DNA of 64,000 nt from an uncultured Actinomycetes bacterium (GCA_963704725.1 OY969934.1:2560001-2624000), one strand, 5' to 3'. Positions 20,115 to 28,944 are shown, numbered from the stretch's first letter. Notes: generated by a model not told the origin, from the letters alone. A program made the numbers and translations.

Positions 20115-22808
20115 TCACCCGCTCACGTCCACGACCACGACGTCTTCGTCGCCCGAGATCGCCACGCCGCCCCGGCGGTGCTGCTTGGCCCGGTACATCG
20201 CGGTGTCGGCGTCGCGGATCAGGTGCTCGCACCCCCGCGCCATGTCGAGCGCGAGCGTCACGCCGACGCTGACGCCGATCCGGATGTTCCCGCCATCGGC
20301 CACGGAGATCGGGTCATCGAGGCACCGGCACAACCGCTCCGCCGCCGCCACCGCGTCGGGCGCGCTCCACACGTCCTGGCACAGGACGACGAACTCGTCG
20401 CCGCCGTAGCGGGCCACGGTGTCGGCGGGGCGGACCGCCCCCGAGAACCTGTGGGCGACCTCGATGAGCACCCGGTCGCCGACGTCGTGCCCGAACTCGT
20501 CGTTCACGCGCTTGAACCCGTCCAGGTCGAGGAACATCACGGCCACCCCGGGACCCCCGCGGTCGAGCCGGGCGAGGGCGATGCTCATCCGGTCCAGGAG
20601 GAGCTCCCGGTTGGGCAGGTCCGTCAGCGGATCGTGCATGGCGCGCTGGGCGAGCGCATCCTCGGCGGCCTTGCGAACGCTGATGTCGTCGAGCATGACG
20701 ATCGCGAAGTCGGGCTGCCCCTCCTCGTTGCGGACCAGCGAGACCGTCACGTGACACCAGATCCGGTCGCCACCCCGCCGCCGGTACTGGCGATCGACCT
20801 CGTAGTGGTCGATCCCCCCTCCGGCGAGCCGCGCGAACTCCTCCGGGATGTCGCCCGGACCCGGCTCGGCGAGGAAGGTGCCGAGATGGAGGCCGAGGAG
20901 GTCCGCCCGGCCCACGCCGAGCAGCTCCGCGATCGCGTCGTTGGCCTCGAGGACGTGGCCGTCGAGCGACAGGCGGGCGATCCCGATCGCGGCGTCGTCG
21001 AAGACCGCACGGAAGCGCCGCTCGCTGGCGTGGAGCGCGAGCTCCGCCACCTTCTTGTCCGTGACGTCCTGCATGATCCCCTGCCACATCGCCGGACGGC
21101 CCTGCTCGTCCCGAGCGACCGCCGAACGCTCCTCGATCCACACGACCCGCCCGTCCTTGCGGATCATCCGGTAGGCCGCGGTGAGTGACCCGCCCGACTC
21201 CATCGCCTGCTGGCCGAGCCGCTCGACCTCCTCCAGGTCGTCCGGGTGCACCGCCTTCGCCCAGCCCTCGTCGGTGGCCAGGAACTCCTCGGGCGTGTAC
21301 CCGAGCACGTCCTCGATCTGCGGGCTGATGTACTCGGGCTCGGCGTCGTCCGGGTCGGCGACGCCGATCCGGTCGACGAACGTGATCGCGGGTAGCTGTT
21401 CCACGAGCGTGCGGTACCGCAGCTCGGCGGTGCGGAGCGCGTCCTCGGCGAGGTGCTTCTCGGTCACGTCCTGGTACGCGCCCTGCCATACGGACACGTG
21501 CCCGTCGGCGTCGACCAGTGGGCGCGACGAATCGTGGATCCAGACGACGCGCCCGTCCGGGCGGACCATCCGGTACTCGGCCTCGATCGGCGCACAGGCC
21601 GCACGCGCCGCGACGCCCTCGGCGTCGACGCGCGCCAGGTCCTCCGGGTGGACCATGCTCGCCCAGAGCCCGGCACCCTTCACCCAGTCCTTCGGCGTCA
21701 CGCCGAGCATCTCCTCGATCTGCGGGCCCACGTACACCGCCGCGGTGAGCGAGGGATCCTCCGGGTCGAACCGGAAGAGGTAGGTGGCCACCGGAAGCTG
21801 CTCGACGAGCGTGCGATACCGGGCCTCGGCCGAGCTCAGGGCGTCCTGTGCGAGCTGGCGCTCCGTCACGTCGTGGACGATCTCGTAGACGAGGGCGCGG
21901 CCGCCGATGGCGATCGAGCCGGTGTAGATCTCGACGTGGCGGATCTCGCCGTCCGCGAGGCGGTGGCGAAGCCGCAGGAAGGGCCGCTCCTGCGTGTTGG
22001 CGAGCCGCATCTCCTCCAGGACCACGTCCGGGGGGTCGGCGCGGAGCACGGCCGTCCCCTCCTTCACGAGACGATCGAGCGGGTACCCGTAGAAGTCGAG
22101 CGCGGCCGGGTTGGCGTCGACGATCTCCTCGGAGACGGGATCGAGCAGCAGCATGACCGCGCGGTTGCCGGAGAAGAGGCTGTGGTACTGCGCCTCCTGC
22201 TCGCGGAACGCGGCCTGGACTGCGAACCGTTCCGTGATGTCGCGCACGCTCAGCACGATGCCGCCCACGGTCGGATCGGACAGGCGGTTGTGGTAGTGGA
22301 CCTCCACCCATCGCCAGGACCCCGTCGCGTCGCGGACCCGCACCTCGAGCCCGCCGGTCACGCCGGGATGTCCCACCCCGGCGGCGAAGGTCGAACGCAC
22401 CAGGGGCGCGTCGTCGGGGTGGACGAGGTCGATCGCCGAGGTTCCGAGGAGCTCCTCCGGGCGCACGCCGAACAGTCGCTCCGAGCTCGGCGCGACGTAC
22501 GTGAGCACGGCGCGCTCGTCCAGCACCACGATCAGGTCGGAGGCGTGTTCGACGAGCGAGCGGTGGCGCTCCTCCGACGCGCGCAGGGCCTCCTCGGCGC
22601 GGGATCGATCGAGCTCCGCTCGGCGGAGCCACCGAAGCCCGACCAGCACGGCCGCGACCGCGATCAGGGCGACGCCGGCCTGCCCTCGATGCTCGTCCCG
22701 GATCTCGAAGACCAGGATGGCGACGGGCGCGATCAGGAACGCCACGCCGAGCAGAAGGGTGCGCGGCGCGCGCGGGCGGGGACGCTCGGGCGAGGATGCT
22801 CGCATCAC
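20115..22808 (-). CDS. Membrane-anchored multi-PAS/PAC diguanylate cyclase
   Basis: Two TM helices, about five PAS domains, HDPLTDLPNR, FLDLDGFKRVND and ARYGGDEF; no EAL domain. Confidence 0.92.
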   Translation of the reverse strand: MMRASSPERPRPRAPRTLLLGVAFLIAPVAILVFEIRDEHRGQAGVALIAVAAVLVGLRWLRRAELDRSRAEEALRASEERHRSLVEHASDLIVVLDERAVLTYVAPSSERLFGVRPEELLGTSAIDLVHPDDAPLVRSTFAAGVGHPGVTGGLEVRVRDATGSWRWVEVHYHNRLSDPTVGGIVLSVRDITERFAVQAAFREQEAQYHSLFSGNRAVMLLLDPVSEEIVDANPAALDFYGYPLDRLVKEGTAVLRADPPDVVLEEMRLANTQERPFLRLRHRLADGEIRHVEIYTGSIAIGGRALVYEIVHDVTERQLAQDALSSAEARYRTLVEQLPVATYLFRFDPEDPSLTAAVYVGPQIEEMLGVTPKDWVKGAGLWASMVHPEDLARVDAEGVAARAACAPIEAEYRMVRPDGRVVWIHDSSRPLVDADGHVSVWQGAYQDVTEKHLAEDALRTAELRYRTLVEQLPAITFVDRIGVADPDDAEPEYISPQIEDVLGYTPEEFLATDEGWAKAVHPDDLEEVERLGQQAMESGGSLTAAYRMIRKDGRVVWIEERSAVARDEQGRPAMWQGIMQDVTDKKVAELALHASERRFRAVFDDAAIGIARLSLDGHVLEANDAIAELLGVGRADLLGLHLGTFLAEPGPGDIPEEFARLAGGGIDHYEVDRQYRRRGGDRIWCHVTVSLVRNEEGQPDFAIVMLDDISVRKAAEDALAQRAMHDPLTDLPNRELLLDRMSIALARLDRGGPGVAVMFLDLDGFKRVNDEFGHDVGDRVLIEVAHRFSGAVRPADTVARYGGDEFVVLCQDVWSAPDAVAAAERLCRCLDDPISVADGGNIRIGVSVGVTLALDMARGCEHLIRDADTAMYRAKQHRRGGVAISGDEDVVVVDVSG

Positions 22809-22945
22809 CCGTGTTCTCGGATGCGGACAAGTCCCAACACAGCGCTCGGTGTCCCGGCACCCCTGGGTCGATGGGCCGATGGGCGAATCACGCGGGTCGG
22901 GCTGCGGGGAACCCGCACCCGTGCCCCGTGGTAGCGTCGCGCTCC

Positions 22946-23113
22946 ATGGCGGCGCACCGGTTCGCCCGGACCCTGGAACGGCTGCTCGAGATCGAGGCCC
23001 CGCTGCTGCGCTTCTTCACGGACTCCGCGGCCGCGCACATGGACCGCGACGCCGATCTCGACGAGATGGTGGAGCGGGCCATCCCGGTGTTCGAAGCCGC
23101 CGCCCGCCGCTGA
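22946..23113 (+). pseudogene. 55-aa ORF resembling the fused N- and C-terminal ends of a class I/II aminotransferase (internal deletion relic)
   Basis: N-terminal LERLLEIEAPLLRFFTDS and C-terminal DEMVERAIPVFEAAARR resemble, from memory only, the termini of an actinobacterial aminotransferase family. Confidence 0.4.
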
Positions 23114-23120
23114 TCGCTCG

Positions 23121-24380
23121 ATGCCCGTCGAGACGGACGAGCGCGACCGGGCCCTCCTGTCCGGCCGAGATGGCGAGGCCGCAGCGCTGGCGATGCGCAT
23201 CGTCCTCGAGATGGCCGGGATCATGGGGGCCGACCACCTGATCGACGTCGTCTCCGCGCACGTCGACGGGTGCCTCTACCATGGCCGGGCCGGCCTGGAC
23301 TTCGCCGAGCGGCTCCGCGCGGGAGGCGCCCGGGTGGCCGTGCCGACGACCCTCAACGTCGGCGCCCTCGACCTCCTGCACCCGGAGCGCTCCCGGCTCG
23401 ACGCGGCCACGGCCGCCGACGCCCGCCGGCAGATGGACGCGTACGTCGCGATGGGCTGCCGGCCGACCTGGACGTGCGCGCCCTATCAGCTCCCCGAGCG
23501 GCCGGCGTTCGGGCAGCACGTGGCGTGGGCGGAGTCGAACGCGATCGTGTTCTGCAACTCCGTGCTGGGGGCGAGGACGAACCGCTACGGCGACTTCATC
23601 GACGTCTGCGCCGCGATCACGGGGCGAGTGCCGTTCGCCGGGCTGCACCGCGACGAGGAACGCAGGGCTCGGGTCGTCCTTCGGCTCGACAGGGTACCGC
23701 CGCGGATCCTCGGCTCCGACGTCCTCTACCCGGTCCTGGGACACGTGCTCGGCCGGGAGGCCGGGACCGACGTGGCCGCGATCGTCGGCCTCCCGCGCAA
23801 CGCCACCGAGGATCGGCTCAAGGCGCTCGGGGCCGCGGCGGCCTCCTCCGGCGCGGTGGGGATGTTCCACGCGGTCGGCGTCACGCCCGAGGCGCCGACC
23901 CTCGATGCCGCCACCGGGGGCGAACCGGTGCCCGAGGTCGCGGTGACGCCGGAGCGGCTCCGCGCCGCGCGGGACGAGCTCGGGGCGGCCACCGGGCGCG
24001 CGCTCGGCGCGGTGTGCGTCGGGACGCCTCACGCGTCGCTCGCGGAGCTGGAGCGGCTCCGCGACCTGCTGGCGGGCGAGCGCCTCCGCGTGCCGTTGTG
24101 GGTGAACACCGGCCGCGACGTGCTCGCCGAGGCCGAGCGTGGAGGCGTGGCCGGAGCGCTCGAGGCGCTCGGCGTGCGGATCGTCGTCGACACGTGCACC
24201 TACCTCACGCCGCTGATCGGCGAGGTCGACGGCCCGGTCATGACCGACTCGGCGAAGTGGGCGTGGTACGCGCCGGCCAACCTGGGCGTGGAGGTCGTCT
24301 TCGGCGGCCTCGAGGAGTGTGTTCGCTCGGCCGCGGCGGGCCGCGTCGTCCGCGACGAGGAGCTGTGGGGCGATGCCTGA
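23121..24380 (+). CDS. Aconitase X catalytic (large) subunit, DUF521
   Basis: AHVDGCLYHG, TWTCAPY, AWAESNAIVFCNSVLGARTNRYG, VCVGTPH, VDTC, MTDSAKWAWY. Confidence 0.92.
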   Translation: MPVETDERDRALLSGRDGEAAALAMRIVLEMAGIMGADHLIDVVSAHVDGCLYHGRAGLDFAERLRAGGARVAVPTTLNVGALDLLHPERSRLDAATAADARRQMDAYVAMGCRPTWTCAPYQLPERPAFGQHVAWAESNAIVFCNSVLGARTNRYGDFIDVCAAITGRVPFAGLHRDEERRARVVLRLDRVPPRILGSDVLYPVLGHVLGREAGTDVAAIVGLPRNATEDRLKALGAAAASSGAVGMFHAVGVTPEAPTLDAATGGEPVPEVAVTPERLRAARDELGAATGRALGAVCVGTPHASLAELERLRDLLAGERLRVPLWVNTGRDVLAEAERGGVAGALEALGVRIVVDTCTYLTPLIGEVDGPVMTDSAKWAWYAPANLGVEVVFGGLEECVRSAAAGRVVRDEELWGDA

Positions 24381-24780
24381 GGCCCGGGTCCTCGTCACCG
24401 GCACCGCGGAGGGCGAGGTGCTCGTCCTGGACGAGCCGCTCAGCTTCTGGGGCGGCGTCGACCCCGCGACCGGCCTCGTGATCGACGTCCACCACCCCCA
24501 GCGCGGCTCGAACGTGGCCGGCCGGGTGCTGGTCATGCCCTCGGGCCGGGGCTCCAGCTCCAGCTCGAGCGTCCTGGCGGAGGCCATCCGGGCGGGCACG
24601 GCTCCCGCCGCGATCGTGCTGCTCGAGCCGGACCCGATCGTCGCCCTCGGGGCCATCGTCGCCCGCGAGCTCTACGGAGCTCGGGTGCCGGTCATCGTCG
24701 TCGGTCCACACGCGGAGCTTGCGGGTGGTCGCCTCCGCATCGACGCATCGGCCGAGCCCGCGCGCGTCGGACCGGCCTGA
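24373..24780 (+). CDS. Aconitase X swivel (small) subunit, DUF126
   Basis: PLSFWGGVDP, GRGSSSSSSVLAE; overlaps the DUF521 stop. Confidence 0.92.
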   Translation: MPEARVLVTGTAEGEVLVLDEPLSFWGGVDPATGLVIDVHHPQRGSNVAGRVLVMPSGRGSSSSSSVLAEAIRAGTAPAAIVLLEPDPIVALGAIVARELYGARVPVIVVGPHAELAGGRLRIDASAEPARVGPA

Positions 24781-24804
24781 GGACCGCCGGACGTCACGCT
24801 CGCT

Positions 24805-24822
24805 CGGTGACGCGCGTCACCG
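24805..24822. promoter_or_regulatory. Perfect 18-bp palindrome CGGTGACGCGCGTCACCG (CRP-like GTGA-N6-TCAC)
   Basis: Intergenic palindrome about 55 bp upstream of the small ORF at 24878. Confidence 0.45.
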
Positions 24823-24877
24823 TGCTTCGGCGCGGTGGCGCGGCATCCTTCAGCGAACGAGCGAGAGGCGGTGGGAC

Positions 24878-25039
24878 ATGCGGCGCATCAGGATCGAGCG
24901 GAAGTCGGAGGCGCGATGGATGCGCGACCGCGATGTCGTGCTCCCACTGGACGCCCGCGACCCGGCCGTGCTCCGGGCCAAGCAATTGCTGCGCGAGCGG
25001 TCGGATGCGACCGTGCGGAACGCTGCGGGTGCCCCGTAG
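24878..25039 (+). CDS. Small hypothetical protein (53 aa)
   Basis: MRRIRIERKSEARWMRDRDVVLPLDARDPAVLRAKQL; purine-rich SD-like GAGAGGCGGT upstream. Confidence 0.5.
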   Translation: MRRIRIERKSEARWMRDRDVVLPLDARDPAVLRAKQLLRERSDATVRNAAGAP

Positions 25040-25114
25040 GCCCGAGTTCGGGGCCCTCGGACGCCGACGATCGACAGGGCAGACACCTGGAATCACGCGA
25101 TCCCATGGCCATCG

Positions 25115-25522
25115 TCACGGGACGATCTCGAACGCAGGAGCGTGAGCCGGGCGAACGACCGTGAGATGCCTTCGATCGAGCGTCGCCAGGCGCACGACGC
25201 GAAGGCGCTCCGCGGTGGCCACGACAGAAGCGTCGACGGTGCCGAGGGGAAGGTCCCGGTATTCGGCAACGAGCTCGGCAATCCGGATCCAGTCGGCGGG
25301 GTGAACCGGCTCCGCGATCAGGTTCCCCGCCGCCAGGTCGCCGAGGAATCGGACCTCTGCCTCCGCGCCGAGCCGCGTCTCGAGGAGGTAGGTCACCTCG
25401 GTCACGACGAGCTCCGGGACGATCAGGGGCCCGGGATGGCCTTCCAGCAGTGCCAGGCTGGCGTCGTGGTCGCGATCGTCCTCGTCGACGTAGGCGTACA
25501 GAGGACCGGCATCGACGATCAA
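25115..25522 (-). CDS. vapC: VapC PIN-domain toxin (copy 1)
   Basis: IVDAGPLYA...VVTEV...LGTVDASVVA...ATLDRRH acidic PIN residues; start overlaps the antitoxin stop. Confidence 0.9.
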   Translation of the reverse strand: MIVDAGPLYAYVDEDDRDHDASLALLEGHPGPLIVPELVVTEVTYLLETRLGAEAEVRFLGDLAAGNLIAEPVHPADWIRIAELVAEYRDLPLGTVDASVVATAERLRVVRLATLDRRHLTVVRPAHAPAFEIVP

Positions 25523-25746
25523 CGAGATCGGCGGGCCTCCCGCCGCAGGATCTCCTCGATCTTGCGGGCGGTGTCACGACGGCCGCTCCGGCCGGCCTTC
25601 GCGGCCATCAGACGCCGGCGCCCGGCGCCGAGGTGGGACTCGATGGCCTCGCGCGTGAGCTCGGACACCGTCGTCCCTCGCCGCTCGGCTTCGTGGCGAA
25701 GCCGCGCGTCGAGATCGTTCGAGAGCTTCACGGTCGTCCGCTTCAT
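25519..25746 (-). CDS. vapB: VapB / CopG ribbon-helix-helix antitoxin (copy 1)
   Basis: MKRTTVKLSNDLDARLRHEAERRGTTVSELTREAI RHH pattern, directly upstream of the PIN gene. Confidence 0.88.
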   Translation of the reverse strand: MKRTTVKLSNDLDARLRHEAERRGTTVSELTREAIESHLGAGRRRLMAAKAGRSGRRDTARKIEEILRREARRSR

Positions 25747-25762
25747 GGTATGCCAGCATACC
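25747..25762 (-). promoter_or_regulatory. vapBC1 operator and -10 box (GGTATGC-N2-GCATACC; TATGCT 8 nt before ATG, probably leaderless)
   Basis: Perfect 7-bp inverted repeat abutting the start codon. Confidence 0.65.
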
Positions 25763-25840
25763 CTTCGCCAGTCACACGTCAACCGGAGGGGGCGATACTG
25801 TCTTGCTCCTCTTGGCCGCGCCGTGCGGTCGGAGAAGCGC

Positions 25841-25949
25841 CGACCTCCCACATTCAGGAGCTCGAAGAACCGGAGAGCCGGGACCGCGATTGTCGTCGAC
25901 CGAGACGAGGAACTTGCTCATGATTCCGCAAGGTAGCCGGATATGCGTG
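25841..25949 (-). pseudogene. Internally deleted relic of a vapBC2-like operon (promoter + antitoxin N-terminus fused to mid-toxin)
   Basis: 25891-25949 aligns by eye with 27800-27858 (MSKFLVSVDD vs MSKILVSVDD); 25841-25890 aligns with 27422-27470. Confidence 0.7.
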
Positions 25950-25952
25950 AGC

Positions 25953-27054
25953 ATGAGCGAGACAAGAGGTCCCCGGCCCCGGCCACAGATCGAATCCTCG
26001 CGTCCTACCGCCACCGCGGGGTTCACGGGGGGGCGACTGGTCGCCGGCATCGCCGTCTTCCTTATCGCCGCGGTCTCGATCGGGGTGGTGTACCTGGCCT
26101 TCCGCAGGGCACCAGAGCCCGCCGCGCCTCCAGTGCAACCGACCCTGCGAGCGAACGGCCCGATCTGGTTCCTCGGAGGTGACGAGCCAGGATCCGTGTT
26201 CGGTCCCTCCTCCGTCTACCGCGTCGACCCGACGACCGGGACCATGGAGAGCGTGCCGACGTCAGGCGACCTGAATTCCATCACCGGGCTGGCGGTCTCC
26301 CCCGATGGCGGGATCGTGGCGCTGTCGAACGGCGGGGGCGAGTTCCCACCCCGCAACATCTACGTGATGGGGTCCGATGGCAGCGATGTGCGGCAGATCA
26401 CGTCGGGCGAGTTCTCCGAGGTCGCGCCCGATTGGTCACCCGACGGCAGCAGGATCGTCTTCTCGAGCACTCGGTGCTGCGCGACGGAGTCCTCGGGCGG
26501 CAACTACGCGCTCTACACGATGGACCCGGACGGCTCGGATCTGCGACAGCTCACGTCCGGCTCGGAGAGCGACGTATCCCCGGCGTGGTCGCCCGACGGC
26601 AACCAGATCGCCTACGTCCGATTCCCAACCTCCGATTCCTCGGACACGAATCCGTGGCAGATCTGGGTCCTGAACGCCGACGGAACCGATCCGCGACGGC
26701 TCACGAACGAGGGCCGATACGACGATGCTGTCGCGTGGTCACCGACCGGCCGGGAGCTCGCGTACATCAGCCATCTGTCCAACGATGAAGATTGGGAGGT
26801 CCGCGTCATCCCCGTTGAGGGAGGCGATCCGCGGACGATCTTCCAGTGCTCGAGAGCGTGCATCGCCGGCGGGTTCACGTTTGGCCTGGTCGCCCGACGG
26901 CTCCCAGATCGCTTTCACGATCAACTCCGGCGCTCCGGGTGACCCGAGATGGGAGATCGTGCTCGCCGACGCGGACGGCGGGAGCTTCGGCGTCCTCGAC
27001 ACCCAGGGAGTCGGCGCGTGCTGTCTGTCGTGGGTTCCCGCCGAGGGATCGTGA
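25953..27054 (+). CDS. Membrane-anchored TolB-like PD40/WD40 beta-propeller protein, frameshifted near 26880
   Basis: One TM helix then repeated P(D/A)WSPDG blades. Removing one T from TTT at 26880-26882 restores GGFTLAWSPDGSQIAF and continues to the stop at 27054. Confidence 0.8.
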
Positions 27055-27091
27055 ACTCCGCCTCGGTTGGTATCGCGACTACCGGCCACCT

Positions 27092-27131
27092 CCAACAACG
27101 CTCAGGCACGAGGTCTGAGCGTTCTTGGACC
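27092..27131. repeat. 40-bp direct repeat copy 1: hairpin AACGCTCAGGC-ACGAG-GTCTGAGCGTT plus TGGA att core
   Basis: Identical to 28226-28265; followed by the att-like arm TTGGGGGGATCGTATTCGAGC. Confidence 0.9.
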
Positions 27132-27168
27132 TTGGGGGGATCGTATTCGAGCTTCACGCGAGACTCCC

Positions 27169-27585
27169 TCACGTGGTTGAGGGCGACTCTCCAAGAAGCG
27201 GACGGGTGATCTCGCCGGCGAGGGCGACGATCCTCTCATCATCGGTCACGAGCGCCACGCCCCGCTCCTCTGCCAACGCCACGTAGGCCGCGTCGTACGC
27301 GGTGAGCCCGCGGGCCACCCAGGACGCAACGGAGTGCAACGCCGGCTCCCCGACCTCGAACAGGAGGTCATCGAGGGCTTCCGCGAGTTCGAGGAGCGCT
27401 TCCTCCGTCCATTTCCAACGCCGACCCGCCACATTCAGGAGCTCGAGGAACAGGAGGGCCGGCACCGCAACGAACAAACGACCAGCCCGGTACTCGCTCC
27501 GAAGCTCGCGCGCCTCGGCGGATCCACGCTGTTCGGCAGCGAACCACTTGAGCACCACCGAGGCGTCGAGCACGACCTCGGTCAA
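27169..27585 (-). CDS. vapC: VapC PIN-domain toxin (copy 2)
   Basis: VVLDASVVLKWF...LFLELLN...LTAYDAAYVALAE...LVTDD; TTG start overlaps the antitoxin stop (TTGA). Confidence 0.9.
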   Translation of the reverse strand: MTEVVLDASVVLKWFAAEQRGSAEARELRSEYRAGRLFVAVPALLFLELLNVAGRRWKWTEEALLELAEALDDLLFEVGEPALHSVASWVARGLTAYDAAYVALAEERGVALVTDDERIVALAGEITRPLLGESPSTT

Positions 27586-27830
27586 CGAGAGTCCCGCTCC
27601 GCTCGTACCGCCGCCGTTGCCTCCTCCTCGGCAGGCTGGGCCTCGAACAGCCTCTCGAGCCGAGTGAGGGCACGCCGGGCTTGCGGGCCGGCGCCGGGTC
27701 CGCGATCCGCGCCCAGGTCGCGCGCCGCCAAACGAGCCAAGTAGGCACTGCGACTCAGCCCGGCTGCCTTTGCAGCACGGTCGATCCGGGCAAGCAGCTT
27801 GTCGTCGACCGAGACGAGGATCTTGCTCAT
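27582..27830 (-). CDS. vapB: VapB / RHH antitoxin (copy 2)
   Basis: MSKILVSVDDKLLARIDRAAKAAGLSRSAYL RHH pattern. Confidence 0.88.
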   Translation of the reverse strand: MSKILVSVDDKLLARIDRAAKAAGLSRSAYLARLAARDLGADRGPGAGPQARRALTRLERLFEAQPAEEEATAAVRAERDSR

Positions 27831-27838
27831 GGACCCCA

Positions 27839-27855
27839 GGATATCCCGGATATCC
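27839..27855. promoter_or_regulatory. Tandem palindromes GGATATCC-C-GGATATCC, probable vapBC2 operator
   Basis: Two 8-bp palindromes 8 nt upstream of the vapB2 start. Confidence 0.6.
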
Positions 27856-27970
27856 GTGCGCCGGCAAGCGTTTCCTTGCCCGGGCCACGGATCGATCGTG
27901 CAGGCACCACGGCCGAGAGTTCAACGGCAACTGGCGAGGTGGGCGAACGAGGCACAAGGCGGGGTATGTC

Positions 27971-28252
27971 ATGGTCCGCATGCCGGAACACCCGAGAGCC
28001 CGAACGGCCGGCTACGTCTTCGAACATATCCTCGTGATAGAAGACTTCCTTGAGCGCCACCTCATGCCGGATGAGCAGGTGCATCACCGAAACGGCGTTA
28101 GGGACGACAACCGTCTCGAGAATCTGGAGCTCTGGATCCGTCCACAGCCCAGTGGCATACGGGTCGAGGACGCGATCGCCTGGGCCTACGACATCCTCGC
28201 CCGCTACGCGGGCCTGGCGGCACCCCCAACAACGCTCAGGCACGAGGTCTGA
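27971..28252 (+). CDS. HNH endonuclease (phage/homing type), N-terminus probably truncated
   Basis: NGNWRGGRTRHKAGYVMVRMPEHP...YVFEHILV...EQVHHRNGVRDDNRLENLELW. Similarity begins near 27920, upstream of the first ATG; the stop codon lies inside the 40-bp repeat. Confidence 0.82.
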   Translation: MVRMPEHPRARTAGYVFEHILVIEDFLERHLMPDEQVHHRNGVRDDNRLENLELWIRPQPSGIRVEDAIAWAYDILARYAGLAAPPTTLRHEV

Positions 28253-28265
28253 GCGTTCTTGGACC
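28226..28265. repeat. 40-bp direct repeat copy 2: hairpin plus TGGA core, the distal junction of the ssrA-integrated element
   Basis: Identical to 27092-27131; followed by TATTCGAACTCGG (28277-28289), the reverse complement of CCGAGTTCGAATA (38052-38064). Confidence 0.9.
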
Positions 28266-28319
28266 CAGGGGGATGCTATTCGAACTCGGGCACGGCGCTC
28301 GTCAAGCTGCTCACTGATC

Positions 28320-28455
28320 TCACGGAAGGATCTCGAACGCGTGGGCGTGAGCTGGACGCACAACTGTGAAGTGCCTGCGATCGAGCGTGGTCAGGGTGCA
28401 CAAGGCGGAGACGCTCCGCTGTGGCTGCGACCAGGCCATCGACAGTACCGAGGCG
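28320..28455 (-). pseudogene. vapC: Frameshifted C-terminal fragment of a vapC1-like toxin
   Basis: LGTVDGLVAATAERLRLVH / LTTLDRRHFTVVRPAHAHAFEILP versus vapC1 LGTVDASVVATAERLRVVRLATLDRRHLTVVRPAHAPAFEIVP. Confidence 0.8.
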
Positions 28456-28499
28456 ATGAGTTTCCCCCCATACTGATCGCCCTTGGCCTGCACGAACAT

Positions 28500-28944
28500 G
28501 TACGTGTAGAAGCCGGCTTCGGTCACCTGAAGGACCCGGCAGCTCGTCTTGATCGAGTGGCCCTCAGCGACCATCACCTTGATGACGGCGAACCGGCCTT
28601 TTGGGGCACCGCCCCCTTCAGCAGTTGCTTGGCTCGTCGTTCGGCGGCCAGCTCCGCCTCCAAGGCGTTGATCCGACGCCGCGCGGCGGCGAGCTCGGAG
28701 CGCTCGGCCGTGCTCAGGCCCGGCAGATCGCCGCGGTCGATCCGATCCTGTTTGCGCCAGTTGTAGATGCAGGCGTCACTGATGCCCAGATCCTCGGCGA
28801 CCTCGGTGAGGCTTCGTCCAGCCGCCAGCAAGTCCAGGACCTTCCGCCTGAACTCCGGCGGATAGCTCCTCGGCATGCCGTTCCTCCTTGCTCTCGAGCA
28901 TGAGGATCCCAGCAAACCGACTCAACAGGACCGAGGGCAGACCA
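28500..28944 (-). mobile_element. Truncated IS3-family element (left IR, intact orfA 28574-28876, first ~25 codons of orfB)
   Basis: OrfA MPRSYPPEFRRKVLDL...GISDACIYNWRKQD HTH; CCCCAAAAG frameshift window; orfB start CRVLQVTEAGFY; IR-like TGGTCTGCCCTCGG from 28944; no DDE domain. Confidence 0.85.

Noticed and set aside
22810-22945. Possible c-di-GMP riboswitch upstream of the diguanylate cyclase
   Set aside because: No GEMM-type consensus could be identified by eye.
27126-27152. tRNA-like 3' fragments here and at 28260-28285
   Set aside because: Only a T-loop/acceptor-like fragment with altered spacing and no cloverleaf; treated as att arms.
27092-28265. 40-bp repeat with hairpin as a CRISPR array or integron attC
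   Set aside because: Only two copies 1.1 kb apart, no cas genes, no IntI tyrosine recombinase and no attC core pattern; better explained as terminator plus serine-recombinase att junction.
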